In this document: piece after piece, positions 15,336-28,523 of the stretch | Layout: each line of letters starts with the position of its first letter | Numbering within the stretch: the stretch's first letter is position 1 | Translations under genes and position numbers: made by a program | Notes under the pieces: generated by a model | Told to the model about the DNA's origin: nothing | Seen by the model: only the letters and a program-made list of their open reading frames with translations | Databases searched by the model: none | DNA from: Octopus vulgaris | Lineage: Eukaryota | NCBI GenBank assembly: GCA_951406725.2 | Contig: OX597832.1 | Coordinates: 46,066,001-46,130,000 of the forward strand | DNA: 64,000 nucleotides | Direction of reading: 5' to 3'

Positions 15336-15336
<1 letters not shown>
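15009..15336 (-). mobile_element. SINE family D head and core carrying the family C tail
   Basis: Minus strand: tggcttagtggttag (A box), gagttcgattcc (B box), gtgtccttgagcaagacactttatttcacg core, then the ~190 bp tail shared with 16073-16260. Confidence 0.85.
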
Positions 15337-15404
<68 letters not shown>

Positions 15405-16072
15405 GCACATCTCTCTCACTCTCTTTCTATCTATCAATGTATCTATCTATATATCAATCAATCTATCTCTCTATTCATACATACATACATACATGCATAC
15501 ATATTTTATTTATATTTACATGTATGTCCTTGAGCTTGACAACCTGAGTTGGTCGGTTTCCATTCCTGTAAATTCGCAGTTTAGTAAAAGGCAGATCCAT
15601 GGAATAAGCACGGGACCTAAAAAAAAAAGCATGTACTGTGGTTCTGTTGCTCCACTAATCGCTTCAATTCAGTGCCCTTTACACAGCAACAATCCAATGA
15701 AGATAAAGGATAAAAGAAAATAGTCATCCATAGGATAGAACGCGTAACATTTTACCAGAAAGCGCCGAGATGTTAACATTCACCCGACATTAATTTCATG
15801 ACAACGCTATTTATTAATAATGGCTGAATCATTTAATTTGCATCGAAAATATCCGACGGAAATATATTGACGTACTGTATCGATTTCATTCTTCTATGAT
15901 ACCTGTAAGGATTCACTATTCTCTAATGTAACCTGTGTTTATGTCATTTCATTATATTTTACAAACAAAAGTTTTCATAATTAAAAAAAAATATATATGT
16001 ACGAAGAAAACATATTTCATTTTTCGAGTTTCTCTAATCGATAATTTCTCCCTAAAATATATCTGAATCCAA

Positions 16073-16459
16073 GTGGAAGCACTCCGTCGGTTACGACGAC
16101 GAGGGTTCCGGTTGATCCGAATCAACGGAACAGCCTGCTCGTGGAATTAACGTGTAAGTGGCTGAGCACTCCACAGACACGTGTACCCTTAACGTAGTTC
16201 TCGGGGATATTCAGCGTGACACAGAGAGTGACAAGGCCGGCCCTTTGAAATACAGGTACGACAGAAACAGGAAGTAAGAGTGAGAGAAAGTTGTGGTGAA
16301 AGAGTACAGCAGGGATCGCCACCCGCCCCTGCCGGAGCCTCGTGGAGCTTTAAGGTGTTTTCGCTCAATAAACACTCACAACGCCCGGTCTGGGAATCGA
16401 AACCGCGATCCTATGACCGCGAGTCCGCTGCCCTAACCACTGGGCCATTGCACCTCCAC
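16073..16459 (-). mobile_element. SINE family C (tRNA-derived head), full length with TSD
   Basis: Head ggaggtgcaatggcccagtggttagggcagcggactcgcgg...gtttcgattcc; 12 bp TSD atctgaatccaa at 16061-16072 and 16460-16471. Confidence 0.92.
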
Positions 16460-16559
16460 ATCTGAATCCAAACCGTGTATATAAATGACAAATTATATTC
16501 TTTTTTGAAAAAATTATGCTAATAATTTTCTACTGCTCTGAAGTAATACACGTGTTAAG

Positions 16560-17165
16560 GTAGAACTAAGAGAAGAATGCAAGCTGGTGCAAAAGAAAGA
16601 ACGCCACTTTTGAATGGCAAATAAGTAACATCATGAAGACCAGGAGTGGCATAGTTGCACTTATTCCTGAGCAGCATTGCAGGTTTGAATTTCACAAATA
16701 TTATAGAATTTGATATCAGAGTTGGTGAAGAAGGTACATTTGAATTTTCAACAGTAAAAATGCAAGCGTAGCATTCAATAATAACTTCAGCATATTCATT
16801 GGGGCCATCTTTGATCTGTGTGGGGATTGTAAAGAGGGCCAACTAGGATCTTTTCGCTTTGACCGGCAAATTTTAAAAATAACTTCCATGTAACTAAACA
16901 CCTCAACAGACTTCATTGATTGGTTGAAATTGCCGAAATTGAAGAAAATATCTTACAAATATCTTAGAAACTACAGAAGTTTCTCAAGAAAGTCAAGAGA
17001 AAAAGATGCTTTATAAACACTTTCTACCAGTATACGAACTTTAAAATTTTTTAGTTACATGGAAATTATTTTAAAAATCTGCCGGTCAAAGCGAAAAGAT
17101 CCGCTAACTAGAGACCGAGGTCTCTGCTTCGAACGTACATATTTCCAGAACTCTATGCTGTCAAG
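16560..17165 (-). pseudogene. Decayed CR1/L2-like ORF2 fragment interrupted by a MITE
   Basis: EFWKYVRSR (~17150) and AEVIIECYACIFTVEN...ATPGLHDVTY resemble the CR1/L2 region upstream of RT (FW.YV, AE.LN.YF.SVFT, SPGPD.I). Confidence 0.55.
16846..17102. mobile_element. 257 bp MITE with ~53 bp TIRs and 8 bp TSD
   Basis: TIR ggatcttttcgctttgaccggca...catgtaactaaa inverted at 17050-17102; flanks gccaacta (16838-16845) and gctaacta (17103-17110). Confidence 0.88.
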
Positions 17166-17420
17166 GCTTGATGCTACACATTGTTCAAACTAAGCACTGG
17201 CATTTTTGTCACGTGCTTACTTATATAGGTATGTATATGTATACATTTATGTATATTTTAAGAACTAATATCGAATACTTGCATCTTCACTTAGTTTCAC
17301 CCCCGCGTATGGCTAACACCTCCAATAATGTATCATTAGTTTGGCGAATTTTAGTTTTGAAAATGGTACAACTGATTTAATATAAATCAACTAAATGCGC
17401 ATATCAACTAAATGCGCATA

Positions 17421-17635
17421 GAGGCGCAATGGCCTAGTGGTTAGGGCAGCGGACTCGCGGTCGCAGGATCGCGGTTTCGATTCTCAGACCGGGCGTTGTG
17501 TGTGTTTATTGAGCGAAAACACCTAAAAGCTCTACGAGGCTCCGGCAGGGGGTGGTGATCCCTGCTGTACTCTTTCACCACAATGGCGGTGCCCCAGCAT
17601 GGCCACAGCTCAAGAGCTGAAACTGGAAAAACAAA
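17421..17635 (+). mobile_element. Chimeric SINE: family C head fused to a family A-type 3' end
   Basis: Family C sequence to ctctttcaccacaa (17583), then ggcggtgccccagcatggccacagctcaagagctgaaac. Confidence 0.8.
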
Positions 17636-17815
17636 AACAAAACAAACAAATATCAGGACAGTTGGATACTTATAGAAGAGTGACACCTGTCAGAGTGGAA
17701 TATGAAGAAAATAATAAATAAATTTCGAAGATGTATTACTCACCATACTAAATTACGACGTCCTGACTAAATATACATTTGTGCGCGGATGTGGTTATGT
17801 TTTGCGAGTTTGTGG

Positions 17816-17849
<34 letters not shown>

Positions 17850-18067
17850 TCGTGCGTGCAATTGTGCGTGTGTGTGTGTGTGTGTGTGTGTGAGTGTGTG
17901 TGTGTGTTTGCGCGCGCTCATGCGTGTGCCTGCAGCTTTATCAAAAATGACATTTCTGCTTTTCTTTTGTGAAACCTCACGAATGCGAATGTATCTAATC
18001 AGCGAAAAGCTGGTAGATTCAGTAAGCAATATAGATCGGATAGGAATTACTAACAAAAATAAAACAG

Positions 18068-18117
<50 letters not shown>

Positions 18118-18118
<1 letters not shown>

Positions 18119-18502
18119 TAGCAGTATCGCCCGGCGTTGCTCGGGTTTGTAAGGGAAATAACTATAAAGCATTTTTAGAGAGTTATAGCCAAAAAAATAG
18201 CAAAAAAAATGGAAAAAAATTATGGTAAATTTATTTTTGAGAGTTAAAAAGGTGGAGTTGCGTCTCCTAGACAGTCTGTGGTTTGTGTTTCTGATTCTCG
18301 ACCCCATGTCGAATTTATCGATTTTTTCAGAACTGGGGGAACTTTTCAAAATTTTCGCTGCGTTAGTTTTGAATTATGACATTGGGCTATGTGTGTGTCA
18401 AGTTTCATCAGAATCGGTTGAAAGCCGTGGTCAGAGTGAGGGTACAAGCAAACAGACACACAGAAACACACACAGACAAACTGCCGTTTATATAGAGAGA
18501 GA
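18118..18502 (-). mobile_element. Non-autonomous Helitron
   Basis: Minus strand ends cccgagcaacgccggg hairpin + cgatactgCTAG|T; 5' TC followed by (TGTC)-like repeats; lies in a (TA)n tract. Confidence 0.8.
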
Positions 18503-18593
18503 TATATACATATATATATATATATATATACACATATATACAAGGTGTCCCAAAAATCACGAAGGGGGTTTCAATTTTCAATAACTTCCTTAT

Positions 18594-18751
18594 AGGCGCA
18601 GGAGTGGCTGTGTGGTAAGTAGCCACATGGTCCCAGGTTCAGTCCCACTGCGTGGCACCTTGGGCAAGTGTCTTCTACTATAGCCTCAGGCCGACCAAAG
18701 CCTTGTGAGTGGATTTGGTAGACGGAAATTAAATGAAGCCAGTCGTATATA

Positions 18752-18802
<51 letters not shown>

Positions 18803-19169
18803 GGCAGTTTGTCTGTCTGTGTGTCTGTGTGTCTGTCAGGTTGTACCTTCACCCTGACCACGGCTTTCAACCGATTCTGATGAAACTTGACACACACATA
18901 GCCCAATGTCATAATTCAAAACTAACGCAGCGAAAATTTTGAAAAGTTCCCCCAGTTCTGAAAATTATCGATAAATTCGACATGGGGTCGAGAATCAGAA
19001 GCACAAACCACAGACTATCTAGGGGACGCAACTCGACCTTTTTAACTCTCAAAAAAATTTACCATCATTTTTTCCCTATTTGTTTGCTATTTTTTTGGCT
19101 ATAACTCTCTAAAAATGCTTTATAGTTATTTCCCTTACAAACCCGAGCAACGCCGGGCGATACTGCTAG

Positions 19170-19202
<33 letters not shown>

Positions 19203-19445
19203 ATGTGTGTGTGTGTGTGTGTGTTTGTGTGTGTGTATGCATGTATGTATTTATGTTTGTGAGTCTGTGTTTGTCCCCCGAAAATCGCTTGACAACCAAT
19301 GCTGGTGTGTTTACGTCCCCGTAACATGTCGGTTCGGCAAGAAAGACCGATAGAATAAGTACTAGGCTTACAAAGAATAAGTCCTGAGGTCGATTTGGCC
19401 GACTAAAGGCGGTACACCGGCATGACAACAGTCAAATCTCTGGAA
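18594..19445 (+). mobile_element. SINE family A split by a Helitron inserted in its internal (TA)n
   Basis: Head at 18594-18747 and tail at 19262-19445 flank the Helitron at 18794-19169. Confidence 0.85.
18794..19169 (+). mobile_element. Non-autonomous Helitron, inverted sister of 18118-18502
   Basis: Reverse complement of 18118-18494 with scattered substitutions; ends hairpin + CTAG|T at 19166-19170. Confidence 0.82.
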
Positions 19446-19449
19446 AAAA

Positions 19450-19506
<57 letters not shown>

Positions 19507-19511
19507 TATAC

Positions 19512-19544
<33 letters not shown>

Positions 19545-20304
19545 TATATTTTTGTTGCTCATACACTTGCTTATAGGTAAAGTCGCAATTTATGTAGGTA
19601 ACTTATAGTTATACAAAGGAAAGTCTGATATGTTTAAGAACCTGAGCGAGACTATGAGCTGAATGAGGCTGGGAGGAAATGGTCTGAGCGAAATATAGTA
19701 ATTCGTTGCGTATCTATTCCAATTGTGCAAATTGGAGCTAAGTGAGAAATGAGAAATTTGATTTATTAATGCTGCTACAGTACGTGGACTCTGTAAGTTT
19801 ATGAGAACGACAAATACATAAATATTAAAGCCCGCTGAGAGACCTAGAAAACTTTGGAACTTTTCACAGATATAGTTATGAACCAAAGTGTTAAGTTTAT
19901 TTGGCACAGACTCAAAGACAGGTGAAGTACGAAATACATATGTTGAGTCTACTTTCAAGCAATAAACTTAAAGAACGAGTAAGCAATTAGAATTTTATTA
20001 TGAGTTCAGAAATCAGATAATAGATATTTGTGAGAAGAAAATTCAATTTAAGTGGGGAACTGCTACGAAGCAGAAATCATAACAGAGATTGGTGTTTGAC
20101 GCGTAGCTCTCACACAATCACGGTTTTCAAACTTTGCAGCAAAAAATTGAATTTATCTGAAACTTAAAGAGTGCAAAAGGTGGAGTGAATTGTGGGTTAA
20201 TGGTCACAATTTCTCTTCATTGAATTGCATTTTATTATAACGAACGTTTGAGGCTTAAACGGTAACTGATTCCAGCCAGGAAAATTGCTCAGAAGTAAAT
20301 TGGA

Positions 20305-20306
<2 letters not shown>

Positions 20307-20384
<78 letters not shown>

Positions 20385-20544
20385 GTGTGTATATATATAT
20401 ATGTATATATATATATGTATATATATATATACACACATATATATATATATACATATATATATATGTATATATATATACACATATATATACACACTTACAT
20501 ACATATATATATATGTGTGTGTGTGTGTTTATATATATTCACAC

Positions 20545-20601
<57 letters not shown>

Positions 20602-20751
20602 TATGTGTGTGTATATATATATATGTATATATATATGTATATATATATATATATATATACATTATATATATGTATATATATATACACATATATATACACA
20701 CTTACATACATATATATATATGTGTGTGTGTGTGTTTATATATATTCACAC

Positions 20752-20841
<90 letters not shown>

Positions 20842-20860
20842 ATATATATATATATATATG
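20307..20860. repeat. Complex (TA)n-rich microsatellite with an internal ~207 bp duplication
   Basis: acacttacatac...gtgtttatatatattcacacatacatac occurs at ~20490 and ~20697. Confidence 0.85.
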
Positions 20861-23384
20861 TCTGATTTATATCTGCTACCATTTAGCACGTCGCATTCTT
20901 ATGAAACCGTTGCAATCTGATTGTTACCGTATACAAATTCATATCCTCACACCTGCATTCTACACTTGAAAATCTATTCCATGGCATTTTACGATGTGCT
21001 AGTCTTTAGTTTTACTCAAGGCGTTGCATTTAAATTTTTACTCTAGAGCGTACAAAATGAGAAAGGAAACACTTCTTGCAATGAGAAGCGTATCTTGTGT
21101 AGCGGCTTATTTACATATTTTATGTGGTGTTACATTTGCATATTTTGTGTAGCATCAGTCATATTTACTGGTAAACACTATTTAACTACGTCCATTTAAG
21201 TTTGCAGTTCACTTTCCCTCAACTGAATTTCTCTGTCATCCACGTTGTGTCGATAAAATACAATACTGATCCAGTATCGGGAATGAATTAACGTATTAAA
21301 CATTCCCCAAACGTGTAGCCTTTTCCGTGTGTTATGTGTCATTAATTGTTGTGGGCACATCGACAACTTACACTAACCACCAACTTCAACAGTTCATTTA
21401 TTAGGAAATATGTGCAACTCGTGTTACTAATGGGGTATGAGAATTTGATTGCCTTAGTTATACGCTAGTGTTTAATATTTATTAGTTATGTGCTGGCGCT
21501 TAATATCGTGTTTTATTCATTAGGTTTGCACTGACAATTTAATATTCCGTATTAGTCCTTAGGTAGCTTTCGGCAGTTATTCTGCTGTAAGTCCGCCGGC
21601 AAAACTTCTAAACAATATTTATTCATAGGACTAGTTATAACCTGTAAATGCGGTATCAATATGGCAGTATTATAAATCCTGCACTTCATAAATATATGCG
21701 TATTGTATCTCCATATCCAGAAAAGAAAATTTGAATATAATTACTGTCAACTGTATTTCCTGTGGGGTTTTTTTGTACCCCTGCCAGTCCTCATTGAGGA
21801 ATATTCATATACATGTTATTCATTTACAGCAATTTCTAGTCACTCTCTTCCAGTTTTTTTTTTCTATCTCTTTTCATCGTTCCTTAGTTTCCAACTACTT
21901 TAACGACTTAGAGCGTCACATAGACAAGGCTCTCGACTATAGGCATTTGACTGACATTTGTCCTCATCTTGTTTGATGTTAATACAATGTTTCGTTCATA
22001 TATGTTAAGGTTAAATCACTGTGCCGTTGCAAGTAAAAGGCGGATAATTTTTATACTGCGGTCACTGTCAGGTTCTCTGTTAAAAAGGTCTAAATAGAGT
22101 GAGGGCCCTCGATTACACCAACCTTGTTGTTAGATATTATTGCAAAATGCAGCAAGCAAGTGCTGCAGAGACATCTGTAATCCTTGAGGTAAAGCGGAGA
22201 TTTAAAAAATGTGTTTTATATATCTGTGTGTGGCTATAATATTCTAGATACACTGAAATTACTTCCGTGTGTCGTTGTCCTTTGTGCTTATCTGGGGTTT
22301 GTGAGTTCGGTTCCATGTAATTCCCATTGTTCAAAGTCTTGTATATATTTGTCTGTTCAGAGAAATTATATATAAAGTTGTTATGGATATTATCAGTTAC
22401 TAAATATTATTTTCTAGTTTCCTCCTAATTTTACAACTCAATACGGAAGCCAACGAAGCTCTTTTATGTAGGCCCTGTTTTCTGTCGCAACTAAATCCTC
22501 CCTACTCAATATATATATATACATACAATAATATGGCTCTGGATGCATTATATCTAAAGAACGTTCCGGTTGTTCATATCAGGAATGGTATGTTGTAAGA
22601 TCTTCTCAAACAGCGAGTATTCGAGCTTAAACAATAAAAACACAACAACAAAACCTTGTATGGATTTGCTCATTTCCAGCAACGATTCAAATGAATATGG
22701 ATGTATTTCAGCATTTCTCAATACAGGATACTAAAGAAAAACGACACAAACATAAAGCAGGAATATCAAACTCAATCTAAATAATCAAGGTTATGTATTA
22801 TACATCGAATTACTGTATCTTCTGCATTAATAACGAAATACATGCATTGGATCCTTGAGCAACGCAGTACAATAAAAATAGCTCTAGGCTATTCGGCTTT
22901 CAATAAGAAAGTCGCATCAGATTTGCGCAGTTACATCAAGGATGAAAATGCTAGAAGGTATTTAAATATATTTGCGATTACACCCGAACTTGAAAGAATT
23001 AAGTATAGCATGCTACACCCTACAAACGCTACTTGTTTGCGAGTGACGGCTATGATCTTGCTTTGATAATCGTATCAATCAAGGATATAAGGTAGCGAGT
23101 TAACAACCGAAATATCGGTCACTTGACACCAGTATGGCAATGTGATGAATATGGAACTGACATAAATCACAATGTTACAATCCCGCTGTTGTTACAGAGG
23201 ACACCAGCAGTTGGCGAAAGCGTTGTAAAACGCACATATATTTCCGATGTGCTGAAGCAAATGCCTCTCATATATAATAACGTGCTGGAAAAATGACTCC
23301 CCTTTGGATAATTCATTCCAGACGCACTCCATAAAGATAACGTCTTCAGACTTTTGCAGTTCTATGATTTACACGATGAAACCC

Positions 23385-23423
23385 AAAACCAAAATCAAAA
23401 TCAAAATCAAAATCAAAATCAAA
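23385..23423. repeat. (CAAAAT)n hexamer repeat
   Basis: Direct reading. Confidence 0.85.
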
Positions 23424-23566
23424 CTACTATTTACTAATTAATGCACAGAAGTAGTAACTTGCAGAAAAAAAAAATTCCACTGTAGTTTGATTCCTATTCT
23501 GTAATAAACTGCACATAAGCCAATTAAAACCGACTTAGGAGGAATTTTAATGAAACATCATTGAAA

Positions 23567-23862
<296 letters not shown>

Positions 23863-24011
23863 GAGCTGCAGCTGCGTTGACTTTTGATTGATTTCCTGTA
23901 TTATAGATAATTAATTTACAATAATATCCTTTCTACTATAGAAACAAGGCCTGAAATTATTTTGGGGGGGAGGGTTATCGATTACATCGACTACAGTAAT
24001 TAACTGGTACG

Positions 24012-24061
<50 letters not shown>

Positions 24062-24529
24062 ATAACAATTTAATAAATAAAACATATGCATACATACATA
24101 TATGTACAAACCTACATATGTATGTATATATACATGCATATATGAGTACAGGAAACCACAAATAAACGTAGAACACAACGAGAAACGAAAACAGAAACAA
24201 AACAAGGAAACGGACTTCTTTTAACAACGAAAAAACAGAGTACAAGACAAACAACAGAGGGAACATCCCCCTTCTTCAGCTGCCCCTGTTTCGACTCATT
24301 GCGTGTTTCGAAGGTAAGGGCAGAATACGACTATGCAGAAACAGTCATTCCCGCAAATGAATTAAATAATTTTTTTTGCGGAGGAGTAAAAAAAGAACAG
24401 GACGTAAAAGCAATACAAATAAAGAAAAAAAAAACAGTACAAATAAAGATGAAAACAGTAAAAGACAGGACAAGGAAACCAACAATAAGGGCTTTTTTTA
24501 AGCCTAGACGATGGAAACATTCATTAGAA

Positions 24530-24925
24530 CGCGAGCTGGCAGAAACGTTAGCACACCAGGTGAAATGCTGAGAGGTATTTCATCTGCCGCTACGTTCTGA
24601 GGTCGACTTTGCCTTTCATTCTTTCGGGGTCGATTAAATAAGTACCAGTTACGCACTGGGGTCGATATAATCGACTTAATCCGTTTGTCTGTCCTTGTTT
24701 GTCCCGTTTGTGTTTAGCCCCTTTTGGGTAGTAAAGAAATAGGTATTTCGTCTGCCGTTACATTCTAAGTTCAAATTCCGCCGAGGTCGACTTTGCCTTT
24801 TATCCTTTCGGGGTCGATAAATAAAGTACCAGTTACGCACTAGGGTTGATGTAATCGACTTAATCCGTTTGTCTGTCCTTGTTTGTCCCCTCTATGTTAA
24901 ACCCCTTGTGGACAATAAAGAAATT
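24530..24925 (+). mobile_element. SINE family B tandem dimer
   Basis: One head, then two units joined at aaagaaata|ggtatttcg (~24741). Confidence 0.88.
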
Positions 24926-26247
24926 GGTATATATTTGTGTATGCGATAAGCAAAGTAATGTGCTTTCAGTAACAATATTTTCCCGCAACACACGTTTTAT
25001 TTTTATTTCAAATTATTCCTAATGAATCACTTACAGAGATTTTTCCAGTACTAAAACCGTACAATAGCTAAGCCACGTCATATTCAAATTCAAAGCAAAA
25101 GTTCTGTGATTAATACCAACCATATACTCATCATAATAAATCAATGATATCCTCGAAATTCGATTACTGTCCAGCAATTTTGACTTCGTTTACTCAGACA
25201 GAACTCTTAATAAATAAGTTATTGTTCTCACATGCTCCTCATCTCTATGATACTTTTCATTTATTTGCAAACACATAAAAGTGATCACCCACGTTTTCTT
25301 AACCGCCTCTTCTAATTTTGCTTTAGTCTCCCTTCTAATTGTGGCTCGTGTATTTGAATTTAATATATTATATTTAATTTCACTCCATTTCATTCAACGC
25401 AGAAAATTATGTTGAATGCATCATTGCTTCAAAGTAACTTTCATTTTATATCGCGTCATGTATAAACGTTAGGAGTACTTAAACGACTTTTGACATCTTC
25501 GTGAATTTACTGCTTCAATAAATATCTAGCTGTTTCATGTGACGAAGATACATGCTTTGCTTTTATATTACTTCATTTTCAATTGTTAGGCACGAGCATT
25601 GATATAGGTTTGTCACATTTTATCAATTTATATTATTGACTAAAAGTTCGACTCCAAATAATTGTCTGACCGCCGTGTACAGTTGAACGTGATTGCGTGT
25701 GAGCGTTCCTAAAGAAAAAAAAAATTCATATAGATGGCATTTCACCTAACTATCATAACTTATTAAAACTCATCGTTATGTTTATTCGATGCAAGTTCGA
25801 AACTTCGATCACATATGTGTATGTATGTATGTATGTATGTATGTATGTATGTATGTATGTATTTATGTATGTTTGTATGTATGCATGTATGTATGTATAT
25901 TTGCATGTATGTATATATGTATGTAGGTAAGTACTTATGTAGTCATGCACGAATGCATCTAGGTACGTATTTATAAATGCATATATACATGTGTGTATTG
26001 CCATATATATAGGGGTAAAGTAAGAAAAATCAACGAAAATGCACATTGTAAATAAAAAAGAAAAGGTTTTTTTTATGAAAGGTAACGACAGATATATACT
26101 ACCTCAGATCCCATAATTGTATATGTCTGTTATTACCTTCCATAAAAACCCTTTTCTATTTTATTTCCAAAGTGCATTTTCGTTGATTTTTCTTTCTTTA
26201 CCCTTACATTTCCACGTGTAGTTTCTATTTTTTTTGTAACATATTTC

Positions 26248-26307
<60 letters not shown>

Positions 26308-26527
26308 ATCTATCTATCTACAAGTTATCTGTATATGCATACATACTTAATTGATCGCTAGCCACTACACATTCTTTATTTTCTCTCCTAGTTTCTTTCA
26401 GTGTTCCTTCGTGTGGAAGAGCGTAGGCTCGAAACGTTAAAGACATTTTCACTACCCGAGCGTGAAACTAATACATCTGTTAGTTGTCTACACCACCTAT
26501 CTTCGTCTTTTGTTTTTTTGTGGGCTA

Positions 26528-26585
<58 letters not shown>

Positions 26586-26834
26586 TAGCAGTACCCGAGA
26601 AATTCCGCTGTTACTTTACTATGTATTAAAGCGAGGGAAGTTTATAGACTTACACGAAATCCATAATTTCCCTTGAATATGTAGTTCTCCTCAAGGTGCA
26701 GTCATTGGAGATAGAATTTGTGCAAAGCATATTCTTTGTTGAACACATATCACCTCTTCAACGTTGAGCAGTTAATAATGACAAAATACCGGTTCACTTC
26801 TCTTTTACCTTGAGTCTACATTGTTAGAATTATT

Positions 26835-27235
26835 CCTTTTATTTTTACTCTAGGCACAAAGCCTAACATTTTTGGGGAGGGGACCAGTCGATTAGATCGA
26901 CCTCAGTACGGAACTGGTACTTAATTTATCGACCCCGAAAGGATGAAAGGCAAGGTTGACCTCGGCGAAATTTGAACTCAGAACGTAGCGGCAGAGGAAA
27001 TACCTATTTCTTTACTACCCACAAGGGGCTAAACACAGAGAGGACAAACAAGGACAGACAAACGGATCAAGTCGATTACATCGGCCCCAGAGTGTAACTG
27101 GTGCTTAATTTATCGACCCCGAAAGGATGAAAGGAAAAGTCGACCTCGGCGGAATTTGAACTCGGAACGTAACGGCAGACGAAATACCGCTAAACATTTC
27201 GCCCGGCGTGCTAACGTTTCTGCCAGCGCGCCGCC
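26835..27235 (-). mobile_element. SINE family B dimer with two different tails, one TSD
   Basis: TSD ttagaattatt at 26824-26834 and 27236-27246; unit junction near 27003. Confidence 0.88.
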
Positions 27236-27987
27236 TTAGAATTATTACAATTATTGAAAAGACTTTGAACGAAAAATCTATGTAACAGATGCTGTAAATG
27301 GTAAACCTGGAACAAAGTCGAAGACATAACGTATATATTTCATGTACAGTATGACTACGTTGTTGACTATTTTACAAATCTTAAGTTTTATTACTACTAC
27401 TACTACTAACTCATTTTGATATAAGATTAAAGAGCATATTGATTGGCATGAAGCCATAGCTCACGTAATGTATAGCAGAGTAGGTATCCCACTGATCTCC
27501 TGATTAGAAAAACAAATATGTCAGAAATATATACATCATACTTAATTCAAAATATTTTCTTCCAGCCAATTTCTCTTAAGAATAACCTAAAAATTGGAAA
27601 TGATGTGTGCATAGTAGATTATGTCTTTGATTTCGTTCCATATATTAATAACATAATTGCCTTAATGAATAAATATTATATCTATACGACGGTACATACA
27701 TTATGCCACAAATCTCATTCCATACTTTGTCAGTCTTATGAATAAATACTGTGTCTGCAGGCGAATAATATCTATGACTTCAATAATTTTCTGTGCGAAT
27801 ATCATAACTATTGTGCTTATATAAGTCGCTGCTATGGCTATATGATTTAGAAGTTCATTTGACAACCACATTCTTTACAGTTTATTCCCGCTGCGCACCA
27901 CGGAATGTCAATGCGATTGGTTTGAGGCATCCAATGCTTTAAGGCTGGAGTTGTTACACGGAAAATGCACGGGCAAACATCTGTGCT

Positions 27988-28048
<61 letters not shown>

Positions 28049-28071
28049 TCTTTTTTTCCTCTTTTTTACAC

Positions 28072-28450
28072 TCTTTTACTTGTTTCAGTCATTTGACTGC
28101 GACCATGCTGGAGCACCACCTTTAATCGAGCAAATCGTCCCTAGGACTTATTCTTTGTAAGCCCAGTACTTATTCTATCGGTCTCTTTTGCCGAACCTCT
28201 AAGTTACGGGGACATGAACACACCAGCATCAGTTGTCAAGCAATGCTAGGGGACAAACACAAACATACACGCGCACATATACATACATATATATATACAC
28301 ATATATACGACAGCCTCCTTTCAGTTTCCGTCTACCAATTCCACTCACAAGGTATATTAGAAGACACTTGCCCAAGGTGCCACGCAGTGGGACTGAACCC
28401 GGAACCATGTGGTTGGTAAACAAGCTATTTACCAAACAGCCACTCCTGCG

Positions 28451-28453
<3 letters not shown>
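28072..28453 (-). mobile_element. SINE family A with a small internal deletion
   Basis: Reverse complement of family A; lacks the ggtcggcccgag segment. Confidence 0.88.

Positions 28454-28522
<69 letters not shown>

Positions 28523-28523
<1 letters not shown>

Noticed and set aside
19590-19958. 122 aa minus-strand ORF
   Set aside because: No motif or homology evident; length is compatible with chance.
25190-25393. 67 aa non-repetitive minus-strand ORF as a possible host exon
   Set aside because: No recognisable domain and no convincing acceptor site; needs RNA-seq or homology.
26521-26600. CTAG ends facing each other across (TA)n, resembling Helitron termini
   Set aside because: Only about 10 bp of similarity to the Helitron end and no hairpin or body.
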